Positions 18,445-28,814 of a stretch of DNA of 64,000 nucleotides are shown piece by piece (positions within the stretch are counted from its first letter, which is position 1; each line of letters opens with the position of its first letter). This stretch comes from an uncultured Verrucomicrobiae bacterium. GTDB taxonomy: Bacteria > Verrucomicrobiota > Verrucomicrobiia > Chthoniobacterales > UBA10450. The notes beneath the pieces were generated by a model that saw nothing but the letters and a program-made list of their open reading frames with translations, searched no databases and was not told the origin of the DNA. The stretch spans positions 20,129 through 84,128 of the forward strand of contig CAVWVV010000019.1 of NCBI GenBank assembly GCA_963758425.1. Reading direction: 5' to 3'. A program made the translations under genes and the position numbers.

Positions 18445-19531
18445 GGACGATTGGCTCCTTTGCTTGCTCTTTCGATTTCTCCATCAGAAGGTAGAAGACG
18501 ATTCGGTCCAGTTCCCAGATACTCGCACGCCAACTCAAAGTTTGTGCTTCCGGAAAGGCGAGTTCGCCGTCGTTAATCGCCCGTTGCTTGGCGCGCACCA
18601 ATTCCTTCCTCTCGGCAAAATCAGTCATGCGAGAGAACTCAATCGATTCCGGGATCACCGGTGCTGCCGATGGGCTGTCCAGGAGGAATCGCAGCCTCCG
18701 AATCTGCCTCAAACGCCGTTCGGAAGCGGCAGAAACGACCCCAAGCGTGGGCGAGCCGTCCGAAGCCTTGGTGAAATCCACATCGCCCTCTTCGCTAACC
18801 CAGAACTTCTTTTCTTCAATCAAGAAGCTCTTCAACAGTCCGGCGTAGCCGTCGATTGAGCTAATGAGCTGGTTAAAGAGCTCCTTTTGGTACGGCTCGC
18901 AGATGCGGTCGATCATGGTCTTATAACCCTGCAAGGTTTTTAGGGTTTCGCGGGCGCCCGAGTAGCGGTCTACCCACGTCTGGTGGGTGCACTCACGGAG
19001 CTCTTCCTGAAAAGTTTTTCGCTCGAAAAGCTCCCGAAAATTCGCAACGACGTGTGAAATGCGATCAACCTTGAGCTTCTCCATGCGCTCGTTGAGAGCT
19101 TTCCAATGGGCGTCGTAATCGGCGGGGGGCTCAGTTCCGGCCAGTTTGCAAAGATCATGGGCGAGACGCCGGGTATCGTCTTCCTTATTGGTGGTTCCCT
19201 GAAAAGCACTCAATGGGCCTTTCAAATCCTCTGAACGAACCCCAAACAAGTACGGAAACACTCTGTTCTTTTCTAGCCGCCCGAGCACAGCTCCCGCTTC
19301 GAAGTGCAGCCATTGAGATTGAGTGTTCTCCGCAGTCATGCAGATCAAAGCGGCGTCGGCTTCGGCGAGTTCGCGCCGGACTGCCTCGAACCACTCGATG
19401 CCTTTCTCTATCTGAGGCGAAAAGAAGATGTCTTCATTAGAAAGTCCAGGGACGACATGGATCAGCCATTCTTTCAAGGATTCGGCGAGTTTCTGACTAC
19501 GGATCTGAGACCAGCAAAGGAATATTTTCAT
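18386..19531 (-). CDS. TIR-domain protein with an uncharacterised ~245-aa C-terminal domain
   Basis: The N-terminal ~135 aa follow the bacterial TIR pattern: MKIFLCWS, LKEWL, GIEWFEAVRRELAEADAALICMTAEN, and SQWLHFEAGA with the conserved Glu. I recognise no motif in the C-terminal part. Confidence 0.8.
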   Translation of the reverse strand: MKIFLCWSQIRSQKLAESLKEWLIHVVPGLSNEDIFFSPQIEKGIEWFEAVRRELAEADAALICMTAENTQSQWLHFEAGAVLGRLEKNRVFPYLFGVRSEDLKGPLSAFQGTTNKEDDTRRLAHDLCKLAGTEPPADYDAHWKALNERMEKLKVDRISHVVANFRELFERKTFQEELRECTHQTWVDRYSGARETLKTLQGYKTMIDRICEPYQKELFNQLISSIDGYAGLLKSFLIEEKKFWVSEEGDVDFTKASDGSPTLGVVSAASERRLRQIRRLRFLLDSPSAAPVIPESIEFSRMTDFAERKELVRAKQRAINDGELAFPEAQTLSWRASIWELDRIVFYLLMEKSKEQAKEPIVRDSRRVHRSRDGTPKSGGG

Positions 19532-19558
19532 GGCGCCGAGTGTATAGGTCTGCGTTCG

Positions 19559-21013
19559 CTAGGAATTCCACCAGCCTGCCTTCTTGAGGCCCGCGTCGGT
19601 CTTGATGTTGGGGTCCGATTGGTGCGGGAACTCATGCAGTTGGTTGCTACCGTTCACGATGTCCTGGCCATCAGCCTTGGACACGCGTCGAGGGTGAATT
19701 CCGTAGCGAGCACCAACCGGCATCTGTTTTCCGCCGAGCGCGTTGAGCTTCTGCGTGATCAGGTCATACAGGGCCTGCATATTGAAGCCGTTCGGGTCAC
19801 CATGGTAGTCGTCGGGGTGGTCCCGAACTTTGTCCCAGTGTTTGCCTGTGCCGGCGCGAATCTCCGCCGCCGAGTATTCCCGCCAGATGACTGACCGGCC
19901 CAGGTTGCGGTCCGTTTCCTTGTGGACCGTGATTGTGAGCAGGTGTCGCGCGCGGACTGAGGCGAAGATGTACAGGTCGGCCAGGACGTCGATCGCCGCC
20001 TTGGTCCATTTGTAATAGGTGACTTTCTTGCCCTTCCGCCTGTAGCCTATGGACGCGTACTGGTCGGCACTGGAGGGGTCGCCGCGCGATCCGTCGGACT
20101 TGTCGGGCACGTCGGACTCGACGTCGGGGACGGTCTCGATGTTGATCGTGTGCTCGTTCACGTATTTTTTCCCGTTCTTGCTCAGGAACTCATAGACGGT
20201 GCCCTGCTTGTTCTTAGTGAAGTCGTGAGTGGCCGCGTAGTAGCCGGCGCGGTTGAGGAAGCCGTGCACAGCGCCGCCTTTCGTCTTGGGCTGGTTGGCC
20301 TTGAAACGCCTGTCCTTTAACGTCGCCTTTGCGCCCACGTCGTGGATGATGAACCAGCCCTTGATGATGTCGCTGGTTTTCAGGTCGGCGTTGGGTTCGT
20401 TGGCCGCCTCCTTGAGCGCCGCGTGTTCATCGAGCCACTTCGTTATGAACTCGCGGCGGTTCTTGCCCTTGAGAAACTCGTCGAACTTCGTGCCGTCCAT
20501 TTCGACAGCGGCGTCGCGCTTCGGGTCATCAAAGCGTCCCGGAATCTCGAGCATCACCTTGAGGTAGTCGGGGATCGAGACGCTGGCGACGTGGCCTTGT
20601 GCGATGCTCATGCGCTCGACCTTATGTCCTGCGCCGTCCTCCAGCACGAACCCTATTTCGGCCGCGCTCCCTTCTTCCAAAATGTCCTGGCGGGGGTTCC
20701 ACAGGTGGAAGGCCTTGCTCCCCAGCCAGAGGATGACATCGGGCTTCTTGGTAGCCCTGTAGCTCTTCTCCAACTTGGCGTTAGCCCACTTGGCATTGGC
20801 CACCGCCACGTGAGGAATAGCTGTTTTGGCTGGTTTCTTGACGAACTTGGGGTTGGGCTCCAGGTCCAACGTGAACTCCGCCATCTGGACGTTGTTCGCC
20901 GTTGGGGCGTCCGAGCGTCCGGGCTCGCTGGTGTCGCACTTGTAAACCTTGAGACGAGCACCGCTGACCTTGCTGGCGTCCGCGGTTCCCCAGCGGTCGA
21001 CGATGAGCGCCAC
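19559..21013 (-). CDS. hypothetical 484-aa protein with weak Amidase_2/PGRP-like motifs
   Basis: Intact ORF with a GTG start. Candidate motifs, all divergent: WFIIHDVG, VHGFLNRAGYY, NEHTINIE, LTITVHKETDR. It is in frame with the upstream acidic ORF across a single TAA. Confidence 0.5.
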   Translation of the reverse strand: MALIVDRWGTADASKVSGARLKVYKCDTSEPGRSDAPTANNVQMAEFTLDLEPNPKFVKKPAKTAIPHVAVANAKWANAKLEKSYRATKKPDVILWLGSKAFHLWNPRQDILEEGSAAEIGFVLEDGAGHKVERMSIAQGHVASVSIPDYLKVMLEIPGRFDDPKRDAAVEMDGTKFDEFLKGKNRREFITKWLDEHAALKEAANEPNADLKTSDIIKGWFIIHDVGAKATLKDRRFKANQPKTKGGAVHGFLNRAGYYAATHDFTKNKQGTVYEFLSKNGKKYVNEHTINIETVPDVESDVPDKSDGSRGDPSSADQYASIGYRRKGKKVTYYKWTKAAIDVLADLYIFASVRARHLLTITVHKETDRNLGRSVIWREYSAAEIRAGTGKHWDKVRDHPDDYHGDPNGFNMQALYDLITQKLNALGGKQMPVGARYGIHPRRVSKADGQDIVNGSNQLHEFPHQSDPNIKTDAGLKKAGWWNS

Positions 21014-21064
21014 CTCCGCCGGCGTGCTACCGGTCCTGGCCTTGTTGTTTACGATGCGGGCGGC

Positions 21065-21694
21065 TTAGGCGACACCCGGCAGCATTTCGGAATCCTCGTC
21101 CTCAAGCTCAAGCTCCGTTTCCTCTTCCTCTTCGTCGGCGTTGGGTTTATCAGAATCGCCCTCTGAAACTCGCCGAGTTCCCTCCTTTTCGCTGTACATA
21201 TGGAGAACAGACCTGCGTCTCGGGCTGATAGGCGATTTCCCCTTCCTCTTCAAGCGTCTGGGTACGGCGCCTCGTCCTCGGGGGTTAAAAGTCCCTCTAG
21301 CTCCTCGTTTCCTTCGTTCAGCGGAGCTTCCTCGCTAGCTCCGCTGAGATATTCATCAGATCCTTCAGTTGCAAGGTTCTCATCTTCCTCCGGCTCCGAC
21401 TCGGCGATATGAGGCTCCGAAAGTTCAACTCCTTCGCTCTCGCCAAGCTCGTGTGTTACCAGTTCCTTTAACCCCGCTTCAGTGCCGAAGTCGATCGGGG
21501 CGTCGGTGACGCCGAAATCTTTGGCGAAGGTCATCCACATGATATTCTTCTTCCGATGCGGCGAGGTTCACAGAAGCTCCGGTCAGTCCCTTAAGAAACG
21601 GGCTCTCCTTTGCAAGCCTCTCGACTGTGGAATCGAAATCGGGCCGCGGTTCAGCGCCCAGTAACTCTTCATCAAGAAACGGAGACTTCATCAT
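21065..21694 (-). pseudogene. acidic ESPF-motif protein, readable only across three frames
   Basis: The pieces are 21479..21694 (MMKSPFLDEELLG...KESPFLKGL), 21250..21540 and 21065..21253 (Asp/Glu-rich). The start overlaps the upstream stop as ATGA. Confidence 0.45.
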
Positions 21695-22817
21695 TCAACA
21701 GTCGCCACGAAATCGTCTTCGGGAAAAAACATCTCCGGGTGGATTCCGGAGAGATCCCCAGACCGCATGGCTTTTTGCAGTTCTTTTCGATATGCCTCCA
21801 CTGCGTCAAGAAGCGGAACGTCGGGGTTCGTTTCAATAATCGAAACGCCTTGGGGCACGCGCTGCTGATTGGCGGCGAGGTCGTCGTTGATCTCTTTGAT
21901 CAGCGGTCCTCTTCATTATCCAGCTTCTCGCCTTGGCTGCTGATTCGCTTTCTCGAAACTTGCGGCATGCCGCTGGATTTCGTCGATGACCCGAGCGCGC
22001 AGCACATTGCCCCTTCCATCCTTTGCGGCTTCGAGTCGCTGTTGCAATGTTGCCCACGAAGCACGCACCGCGTCCGAATGCTCCCTCGCAATGTTGGCGA
22101 GCAACGCATTGTGCTTGAGGTACCGCAAGTGCGGAGGAGACTTGGGGAGCCCGGGACCGGCAGGGCCAAGCTTCTTCTCCGACAGCTTGCAGACCTCTTT
22201 CCATAACGCCTTTGCGTCCGAAGGTTTCGACGTGAGTGGTCTTACAACATAGGGCGTCCTCATTCCCCGATACATAGCCTGGACCACCCTCTGCTGCTGT
22301 CTCGTTGGATTCCCCAGCGTCGAGTTCGTGGACCTCAGCGTGTTTGTTGTTGATACTGATGACGACATGCCGATTGAACGTCAGGTCCGCTCGAATCATC
22401 GCTCCGACATGAGCAGGCATCTCGACCAAGAAAATGCGCGGATTTGCGATCCCCAGAGGTGTCGAGCCGGGCGATAAAAGGCGCCCGAGTTTGTGCAGCC
22501 AGCGCACCGCATAGACGAAGCAATCGTGCACCAGCGAACCCGTGATCGCGCGCGGGAATGCACGAATCAGAGTAATCTGGGACACCGCATCCCTCGCGAA
22601 GGTCGTGCGGAGCGTGAACGGTGAAAGCCTCGAGGGACCCGCTACGTAATTCAGAATCATTTCTAACTTCGTCTCCCTCCGCAGCAACGGTGAGTCCCAC
22701 GTTTCCCTTACCCAGGCCTGCCAGGAGTTAGTGTCGTGCAGCTTCGGAAGAGGGTCGGCCTCTCTCTTTTTCCGCAGGCGCTCGATGAAATCTCAGCTTG
22801 ACGCTGTCGAAATACAT
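21691..22817 (-). pseudogene. hypothetical protein, at least 4 frame breaks
   Basis: The ATG at 22817 overlaps the upstream TAA (TAATG). Protein-like segments are spread over ORFs 21833..22687 and 21916..22368 and an unlisted tail (LIKEINDDLAANQQ...FVATVE). That tail lies behind in-frame TAA TGA codons. Confidence 0.45.
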
Positions 22818-23284
22818 TAGCAGGCAGTTGTGTTCATCCCCGTTATCGGGATAGGTGTGGGAGTGTAGTGCTGGTAGCCGATATCGCTGGCACCGGCGGG
22901 ATTGAAGTAATCCCGATACAAGGTAGGCGTTAGGCGAAATGTCGGAGCCAGCGCGTTCTCATCGTCGACAAGGTGTGTTATCGCGGCGGTCTCCAAGTCT
23001 TTCTCCCATTCCTTGTTCACCACTTCCCATCTCAGCCGGCTTTTCGCCGCAGCCTCCAAGACACCGTCTTGCAGCGCCTGATAATGCCGCCAGAGTATCT
23101 GCACCGCCAGCGTTCGGTACGCGAGCAGCAGGTTGTTATCGACGAAAATAGGGGCACGACTCGTAAGTTCCGACTGAAAGAAGCGAAACATGGCGGCTGC
23201 CCGGTTCATCTGCCGCCGGTGGGTTAGTGGTTTGACCACAATGGGGGAAATCTGATGAAGGCGCCGCATCGCGAAGCTGTACAA
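22817..23284 (-). CDS. hypothetical 155-aa protein
   Basis: Uninterrupted ORF with a TTG start. No motif recognised. Confidence 0.4.
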   Translation of the reverse strand: MYSFAMRRLHQISPIVVKPLTHRRQMNRAAAMFRFFQSELTSRAPIFVDNNLLLAYRTLAVQILWRHYQALQDGVLEAAAKSRLRWEVVNKEWEKDLETAAITHLVDDENALAPTFRLTPTLYRDYFNPAGASDIGYQHYTPTPIPITGMNTTAC

Positions 23285-23348
23285 ATTTTTGCCCCATCAG
23301 CGCCAGTAAGCGCGCTGCCTAGACGGTCGGGGTGGTCCACGAAGTTGC

Positions 23349-23784
23349 TTACCTGTTGCCGGGCTCCGTCGGAGTGTCCAGAATGAACGCCTCCGCCCCT
23401 AAACGGGCCACATGAATCCTGAATCTCTGCGACGGCCCTCCCCGTAGCGACTCAAATGTCGCATTCAGCGCGGCGGGAAGTCTGTTGCTGAATTTCACCG
23501 GATCTCCGAACACGGCAAACGCCGCGTCCAGCGCCTTGGCTTGCGCTGTGCCCATTGCCTGCAATTGCCCGCGCAGGGTTGCGTCATTCGGAAGCCCCGG
23601 AAGACCCGCGGGCAGCGTTAGGATCTGCTCCTCCAACTCGGGAGTAGGCGTCGGCGGTTTCATCCTCGTCGTGCTCCTCCTCGTCCCGGGCTTCGGCCAT
23701 CTCCTCGTCTTCAAATTCAAGTTCCTCGTCAGGTTTCTCAGCGTGAGCAAGCTCATCCCTGGCCGTTAACGCGCTCTTCGTCAA
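23349..23784 (-). pseudogene. small protein with an acidic N-terminus, split between two or three frames
   Basis: 23584..23784 (..DEELEFEDEEMAEARDEEEHDEDE..) continues plausibly as 23349..23756 (KPPTPTPELEEQILTLPAGLPGLPNDATLRGQL...). Confidence 0.4.
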
Positions 23785-24257
23785 AGTCTTCGGCGTTCGC
23801 CATCCTGCTCCCGTGGTTCTTCGAACTCGGAGCCTCGTTCGGGCTCAGTGCCGCTGGACAACGGCGGCGCTGCGGGCTCCTCGGCTTCTTCTTCACTCGG
23901 CGCATCTAGAAGCCCGTCATGCAACATGACTTCTTCTTCGGCAAGCAGGTCTTCGCCGAGTTCATCGGATCCTCCCAGCTCCCGCTCAACGAGTATCCCG
24001 GGTTCCTCGACCAAGGCACCTTGGAAAGGGCTCTCCGCTATCAGGGCAGCCACACGCGGTTCCAACTCCTCCTCGGCTCTCTTGGCGAAGAGCTCTCGAT
24101 GGAGGAAAAGGAGACTCGCCGGCCCCGTATGGTCCGTGGACGAGTGCTGCTCCAAGAAGATTGCGCTTTCGTGCTCGAAAGCCGGGGTTTTGCGGGTCGG
24201 CGCGGCGCTCGCAGTTCGCACCTGAGGACAGGGGACAACAGCTTGCTTTGCGGGCAT
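23781..24257 (-). CDS. acidic ESPF-motif protein
   Basis: 158-aa ORF containing AFEHESAIFLEQ and LIAESPFQGALVEE, with a Glu-rich C-terminus. Confidence 0.45.
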   Translation of the reverse strand: MPAKQAVVPCPQVRTASAAPTRKTPAFEHESAIFLEQHSSTDHTGPASLLFLHRELFAKRAEEELEPRVAALIAESPFQGALVEEPGILVERELGGSDELGEDLLAEEEVMLHDGLLDAPSEEEAEEPAAPPLSSGTEPERGSEFEEPREQDGERRRL

Positions 24258-25804
24258 GCCGCGCGCATCACGTCGTTCGCCGCGCGCACACCCGACCGTA
24301 GCGCGCCCTCCATGTATCCGAAGAAGTCCATCTGCGTGTGCTCACCCGCAAAAAACAGCCGTCCCTGCAATGGCTCGCTGAGCTTTTTGCCAATTGTGAA
24401 GATCTGTCCTTTCTTCGGTGACGCGTAGCCTGACCTAATGAATTGCTCCTGGGACCAGTCAACCAGCAGTGGGGTCGACTTAAGATTTTTCTCGTAGTTC
24501 CGATAGAGATCCATCAGACCCTGCCGGAACTTTTTTCGGGAGGAATGTGTCCGCCGGGCAAAGACGGAAAACACGATCCCCTGACCAGCACGTTGCGTTT
24601 GGTTGTCGGTTCCCTCCCAGACCATGCCAATATCCAATGAACCGCCGTTGGGCGCGGCCTTATCCTTGATCCAAAAGCGTTCGGTCATGTTGCTGAAGAA
24701 TTTCACCGCGTCCCCCATCCCCATCATGTCGACCATTTTCGGGCCCTTCGGATCTAGCGTGATGCTCAATTTCCCCCAAACGCTAGGCGGGATCGCTAGG
24801 ATCACGTAGTCGAAGTCTTCTTTCGATTCCTTGCGATAGATGGGCTCTCTGTTGGAACGGGGACTACCGTCAGCGTGACGCGATTCGAGATGTCTATTCC
24901 CTTTACCATCCTGTTCAGCTTAATCTCAGGCGGCTTGGTGCGGCCTTTGACCATGGCCTCGAATTTCCGCCGCCATTTTAGTCGCGAGCTTCTGATTGCC
25001 GTCGGCGCATCGAAAGATCTCTAACTCATCCCAATAACCCATCAGGTCAGTGTCCTTCGGCGTGAACGGGCCGCCCTTCACCAGACAGAGGAGACCGAGA
25101 AAGTTCAGTTCGTGGAGCGGCGCCACGTAATTGTTCAAGACCAGCATCTCCATCGCTTTCCAAAGCCGGCCGTTTTTCCTTATCTTCAGAACCCCGAGCG
25201 CGTCAGCGACGGACATCTTGTCAAACTTCTCCAGGCCCTTCTGGTCCCACGGTCGGGACGGATATTTGATCTGTCTTGCCAACTTGGCGATCGGCTTCAG
25301 GATCTTGTCTCTCAAGTCCTTCTCAAGCTTCTCGATCTCGGCCATTGATAGAGGCTTATCCAACCGGAGCTTCAACTCGAGGCCTGCCTTGGCATAAAGA
25401 TCTTTGTCCATCCTCCCTATCCATGTCAGGCCGTATCCAAGTGCGAGTTCGCGCCACATCAGGTGGAACGATCCGATAAGCTCCGCCCCGCCTCGGGCGA
25501 TCCGGCCCGCGCTGAATGTCGTGTCGCTGCGGACGCGTCCGCCCACCTCTTTGTGCGCTTCAAACAGACTGACCCTGGCCAGGCTGTGTTTGGTAAGCCA
25601 CCTTGCCGCCGCCAAACCGGCGAAGCCCCCGCCCACAATCGCCACCGAAGTGTTTTTCAGCCAGGCGCATTCAATCGGAAACAACGGTGGCTGCCAGCGT
25701 GAGTGCTCGAGGCGGAGATTCTCCTCGATCCGAGCAAGGCGTTCGGACCCGGTGAGCGTTGGTCCAAAGAAACTGTGGAGTTGGGTGTAGAGCGAGCGTG
25801 ACAT
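24041..25804 (-). pseudogene. FAD-dependent amine oxidase (flavin monoamine/L-amino-acid oxidase family), disrupted
   Basis: The N-terminus has VAIVGGGFAGLAAARWL..FEAHKEVGGRV. The C-terminus has FFAGEHT..GYMEGALRSGVRAA. ORFs 24926..25804 and 24041..24805 share a frame but are separated by TGA and TAA. The expected middle segment (EIKLNRMVKGIDISNRVTLTV) is readable only in another frame. The last ~70 codons are an out-of-frame read of the next gene. Confidence 0.75.
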
Positions 25805-26089
25805 GGCGGGCGGATACTAGGGCGAAACGCTGCCCATGGACGACGTTCGGCGCCGGTCCGTCGAGGATGAGGGTTTGCTGCCAGCGGCAGAACTAGGCCG
25901 ATCAAGTAGTTTCTTCGCGGCCTGGCCGCGACGGGGTTTTGAGCCATGAACACTAACAAACACAAGGCAATCTCCTGAGATCAACGAGGAAACCGGCCCC
26001 GCTCACATTCAAATATCTTCAAAGACCTGAGCCCGGCCTCCTGACATTGACAGTGCCGAAGCAAATGCAAGCGCGGACATGGTCGACCT

Positions 26090-27525
26090 TTAGCTGGTCG
26101 CAACCTTGCTAGCCTTCACATCGCGGCCGGTGATCGCGGTCCAGTGAGTGATGATCGTCAGCATGTCGGCTCTCACCGGATTGTCATTGCCGTCGGCGTC
26201 CTTAGGCTCTGTACAACGCCTGCACTGCTGAAGTCGCATTTTCGCTGTAAGTGTCCATTCCGATTTGGATCAAGAGGCGAGAAATCGGATCTGCGATGTC
26301 AAAGAAGTTCTTGGATAAGCCATGCGCAGGCAATCCGACCCGCTCGGCGATCTTGAATAGACGGTTTTCGGGACCGTTTGCCTCCGCACGAAGGGATTTC
26401 ACGATGGGAGAATCAAACTCGAGGTCAAATGGAACCAAGCCATCATGGACACGAAAGCAAACTCTTCCCGGAAGGTTTCCTGCCAGCCTTCGAGACTGAA
26501 GCATGTCATGCAAACTTTCGGCTAACTCCGAAATCTTAGAATCATCGGTCTGCTTGACCCCGCTGGTATTGACGACATTCGTGATACCCACCCATACCTC
26601 CCGCAGGAATTCTTCGAACGTCTTAACAAATTCCGAATTGGCCGCCTCGGCCTTGACATAGGGGTAAGGTTGTCCGGCATCTGTCCCGTGGTTAAGCTCC
26701 ATGCCAAACATCCGCTGATACGCATTGCGGCGGCTCGCCCTTAGGTCTGAACGGATGTGGCTCGATACGTTCGTGATTAGGAATGGGGCAGGATCGCTGT
26801 AAAACAATTCCGCGTGGCGCGCAACCAATGCTGCGTGTCCGCCAGATCGGTCGAGGTGGTGCCGAGGAGTGGGGTGCCGAACTTCTCCCCATGGCGATAT
26901 TCGTGCAATACTCGCCGGAATATCTCGTAAATTCGCGTGTTCTCGATCATGTACGCGTAGATCAAGTGGTCCCAGCGGAGAAGCGCAAACTTTCCGTTAC
27001 CGTTGATAACATCGTCCACCGGCACGCCCGCTATCCCGATCGGCGGCAATGGCACTATTGGAGGCGATGCCCCTGGGCTAAGGACTATTCCAGACCGATG
27101 GTTCGGCGCTAAGAAAGTTCGGGTGGCCGACGGTAAGGTCTGGGTTAACAACCGTTGGGGCCCCGGCCCAGTACGTCGAGATAGGCCGCTAATTCCAGTG
27201 GGTGAGTGCGAAGCACACCTCTCGCGTTCTCTTCCGGGGTTGTCGAACCAAAAACAAGGGTCTCACCGGCTGAATTGGTGAAAAGACGTTTGGGAAGTTG
27301 TCTGAACATAATGATTCCTCGCTTTAAGGCGCTATTTTGATAGCGGAAGGTGTTATGAGATTTAGCCTTGATGGCCTCGGATGGCTCTATTGCTTTTTCC
27401 CCCAGGGAATTCGGCTCTATTACGCTTGCCACGCCACGCGGCGCGGCATTTTTTTGCAGAGCTTTAGTTAAGGCCTGAACGACCTCCGTCGTTGAAGCCG
27501 AAGGTTGTGTTTTTTTCGTTGCCAT
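26090..27525 (-). pseudogene. hypothetical protein (WDHLIYAYMIENTRIYEIF segment), at least 3 frame breaks
   Basis: The pieces are 27145..27525, 26777..27151, 26202..26828 and an unlisted tail (KDADGNDNPVRADMLTIITHWTAITGRDV..) ending at 26090. Confidence 0.4.
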
Positions 27526-27610
27526 TTTTTCCTCCTCTTGTCTTTGATTTCACGCAGCCTGTAATGCCCCGCCTAGCCTTAGCATTGCCTGCTCCTGTAG
27601 GTTTAGGATG

Positions 27611-28814
27611 TTATTCAAATCTCGCGGCCTGCTGGCGAGCTGGAAACCCGTGAGCGCGAGAATCCTCATTGGCTCCGACCAGAGCCAGTGTGCGGAAGTA
27701 AACAAGGCCGGACCGATTCGTCAATCGAGTCACCCAGCTCTTCGCCGGGCTCACTCGCTCTGGTTGAATCAGCGCCCGAAGTGAGCGCCCATTGAAGGCG
27801 CGCATCGTAATATCGAGCGTCAGGCGAACCACGGTGTTCAGTATCGGAAGAGAGTCTTCCAGCAAACTGCGAACATCCGATGGCGCATTAGTCGTCGGAT
27901 GCAGAACCGTCCACGAGAACGCCAGATCATCCCACGGACCAGCGCAATAAAAATATGGGGCATATCTCGACGCCCAACAACACCCGGATGTAACTCACCG
28001 GGTGCGGGTCGCCCTGGGTGTATCGAAACACCATGGGCAGGTCGCCGGCCAGGATGTTGCGTAATGCGGCCACGCTCGCGAAGCCAGTGTGCACAAAGGC
28101 GAAAGCATCTGCCGCGATCTCGGACGACCAACTAGCCCAGGCATCGGCAAACTCGTTCGATCTTCCAGAGATGCCTGAGAAAGGGTGGCGGCGAGTTCGT
28201 CGTTCCATCCCGCGATATGGGCTACATGGTGCGCGGCCTCGTGGATCAATGTCGTGGGTTGCAACAAATTGTGGTGAACGATCTTGATCGCGGCCACCGG
28301 GCTCACTTCTCCTCCATCCCATAAGCGAAGTCCCGCTTTCAGAATGGACGCGCCAAGTCCTTTATCCAGGTAGGTCAGGGCAATGGGCGTTGTCTTGCCA
28401 ATCTGGTCGAGCAGTTGCGTCATGCTTCGATAAGCAAGCGTGTCACAGGCTAGAAGAAAGGGCGGCTATTTGTGGATTCGTTCGCACGTTGATGGCATCG
28501 GCAAAAAAGTCCAGCGTCGTTTCCGTCCGGAGATACTGTTTCCGAAAGGCGAGCAGTTTCCGACGAATCTTAGCCATAGCGGTCGGGCTGTGGGCTGCGC
28601 GCTGCATGGCGGTCAAGACATTCGCGTCGCCCTGAAGTCGATCGAATGATGCTGCGAAATGGCGCCGCAAAGAGACCCCCAGATATCGCTCAAGACGCCC
28701 CCAGGCTTCCTGCGAAGCCAGGTCATCTAGCTTGAGACGAGAGGCCGCGAGCGCCCAATGCGCGATTTGCCGCTCGGTTTGAGTTTGAACATTCTGGATC
28801 TGATGAGTGCACAT
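27611..28814 (-). pseudogene. HExxH zinc-metallopeptidase-like protein, fragmented
   Basis: TLIHEAAHHVAH (HExxH) lies in 27995..28423. A candidate third ligand (SSEIAADAFAF) lies in 27927..28322. The pieces occupy all three frames (28443..28814, 27995..28423, 27927..28322, 27838..28131, 27611..27865). Confidence 0.5.

Noticed and set aside
20342-21166. 274-aa plus-strand ORF
   Set aside because: It is antisense to the 484-aa amidase-like ORF and the acidic ORF. It is Val/Gly/Arg/Leu-rich and low in complexity, with no start context.
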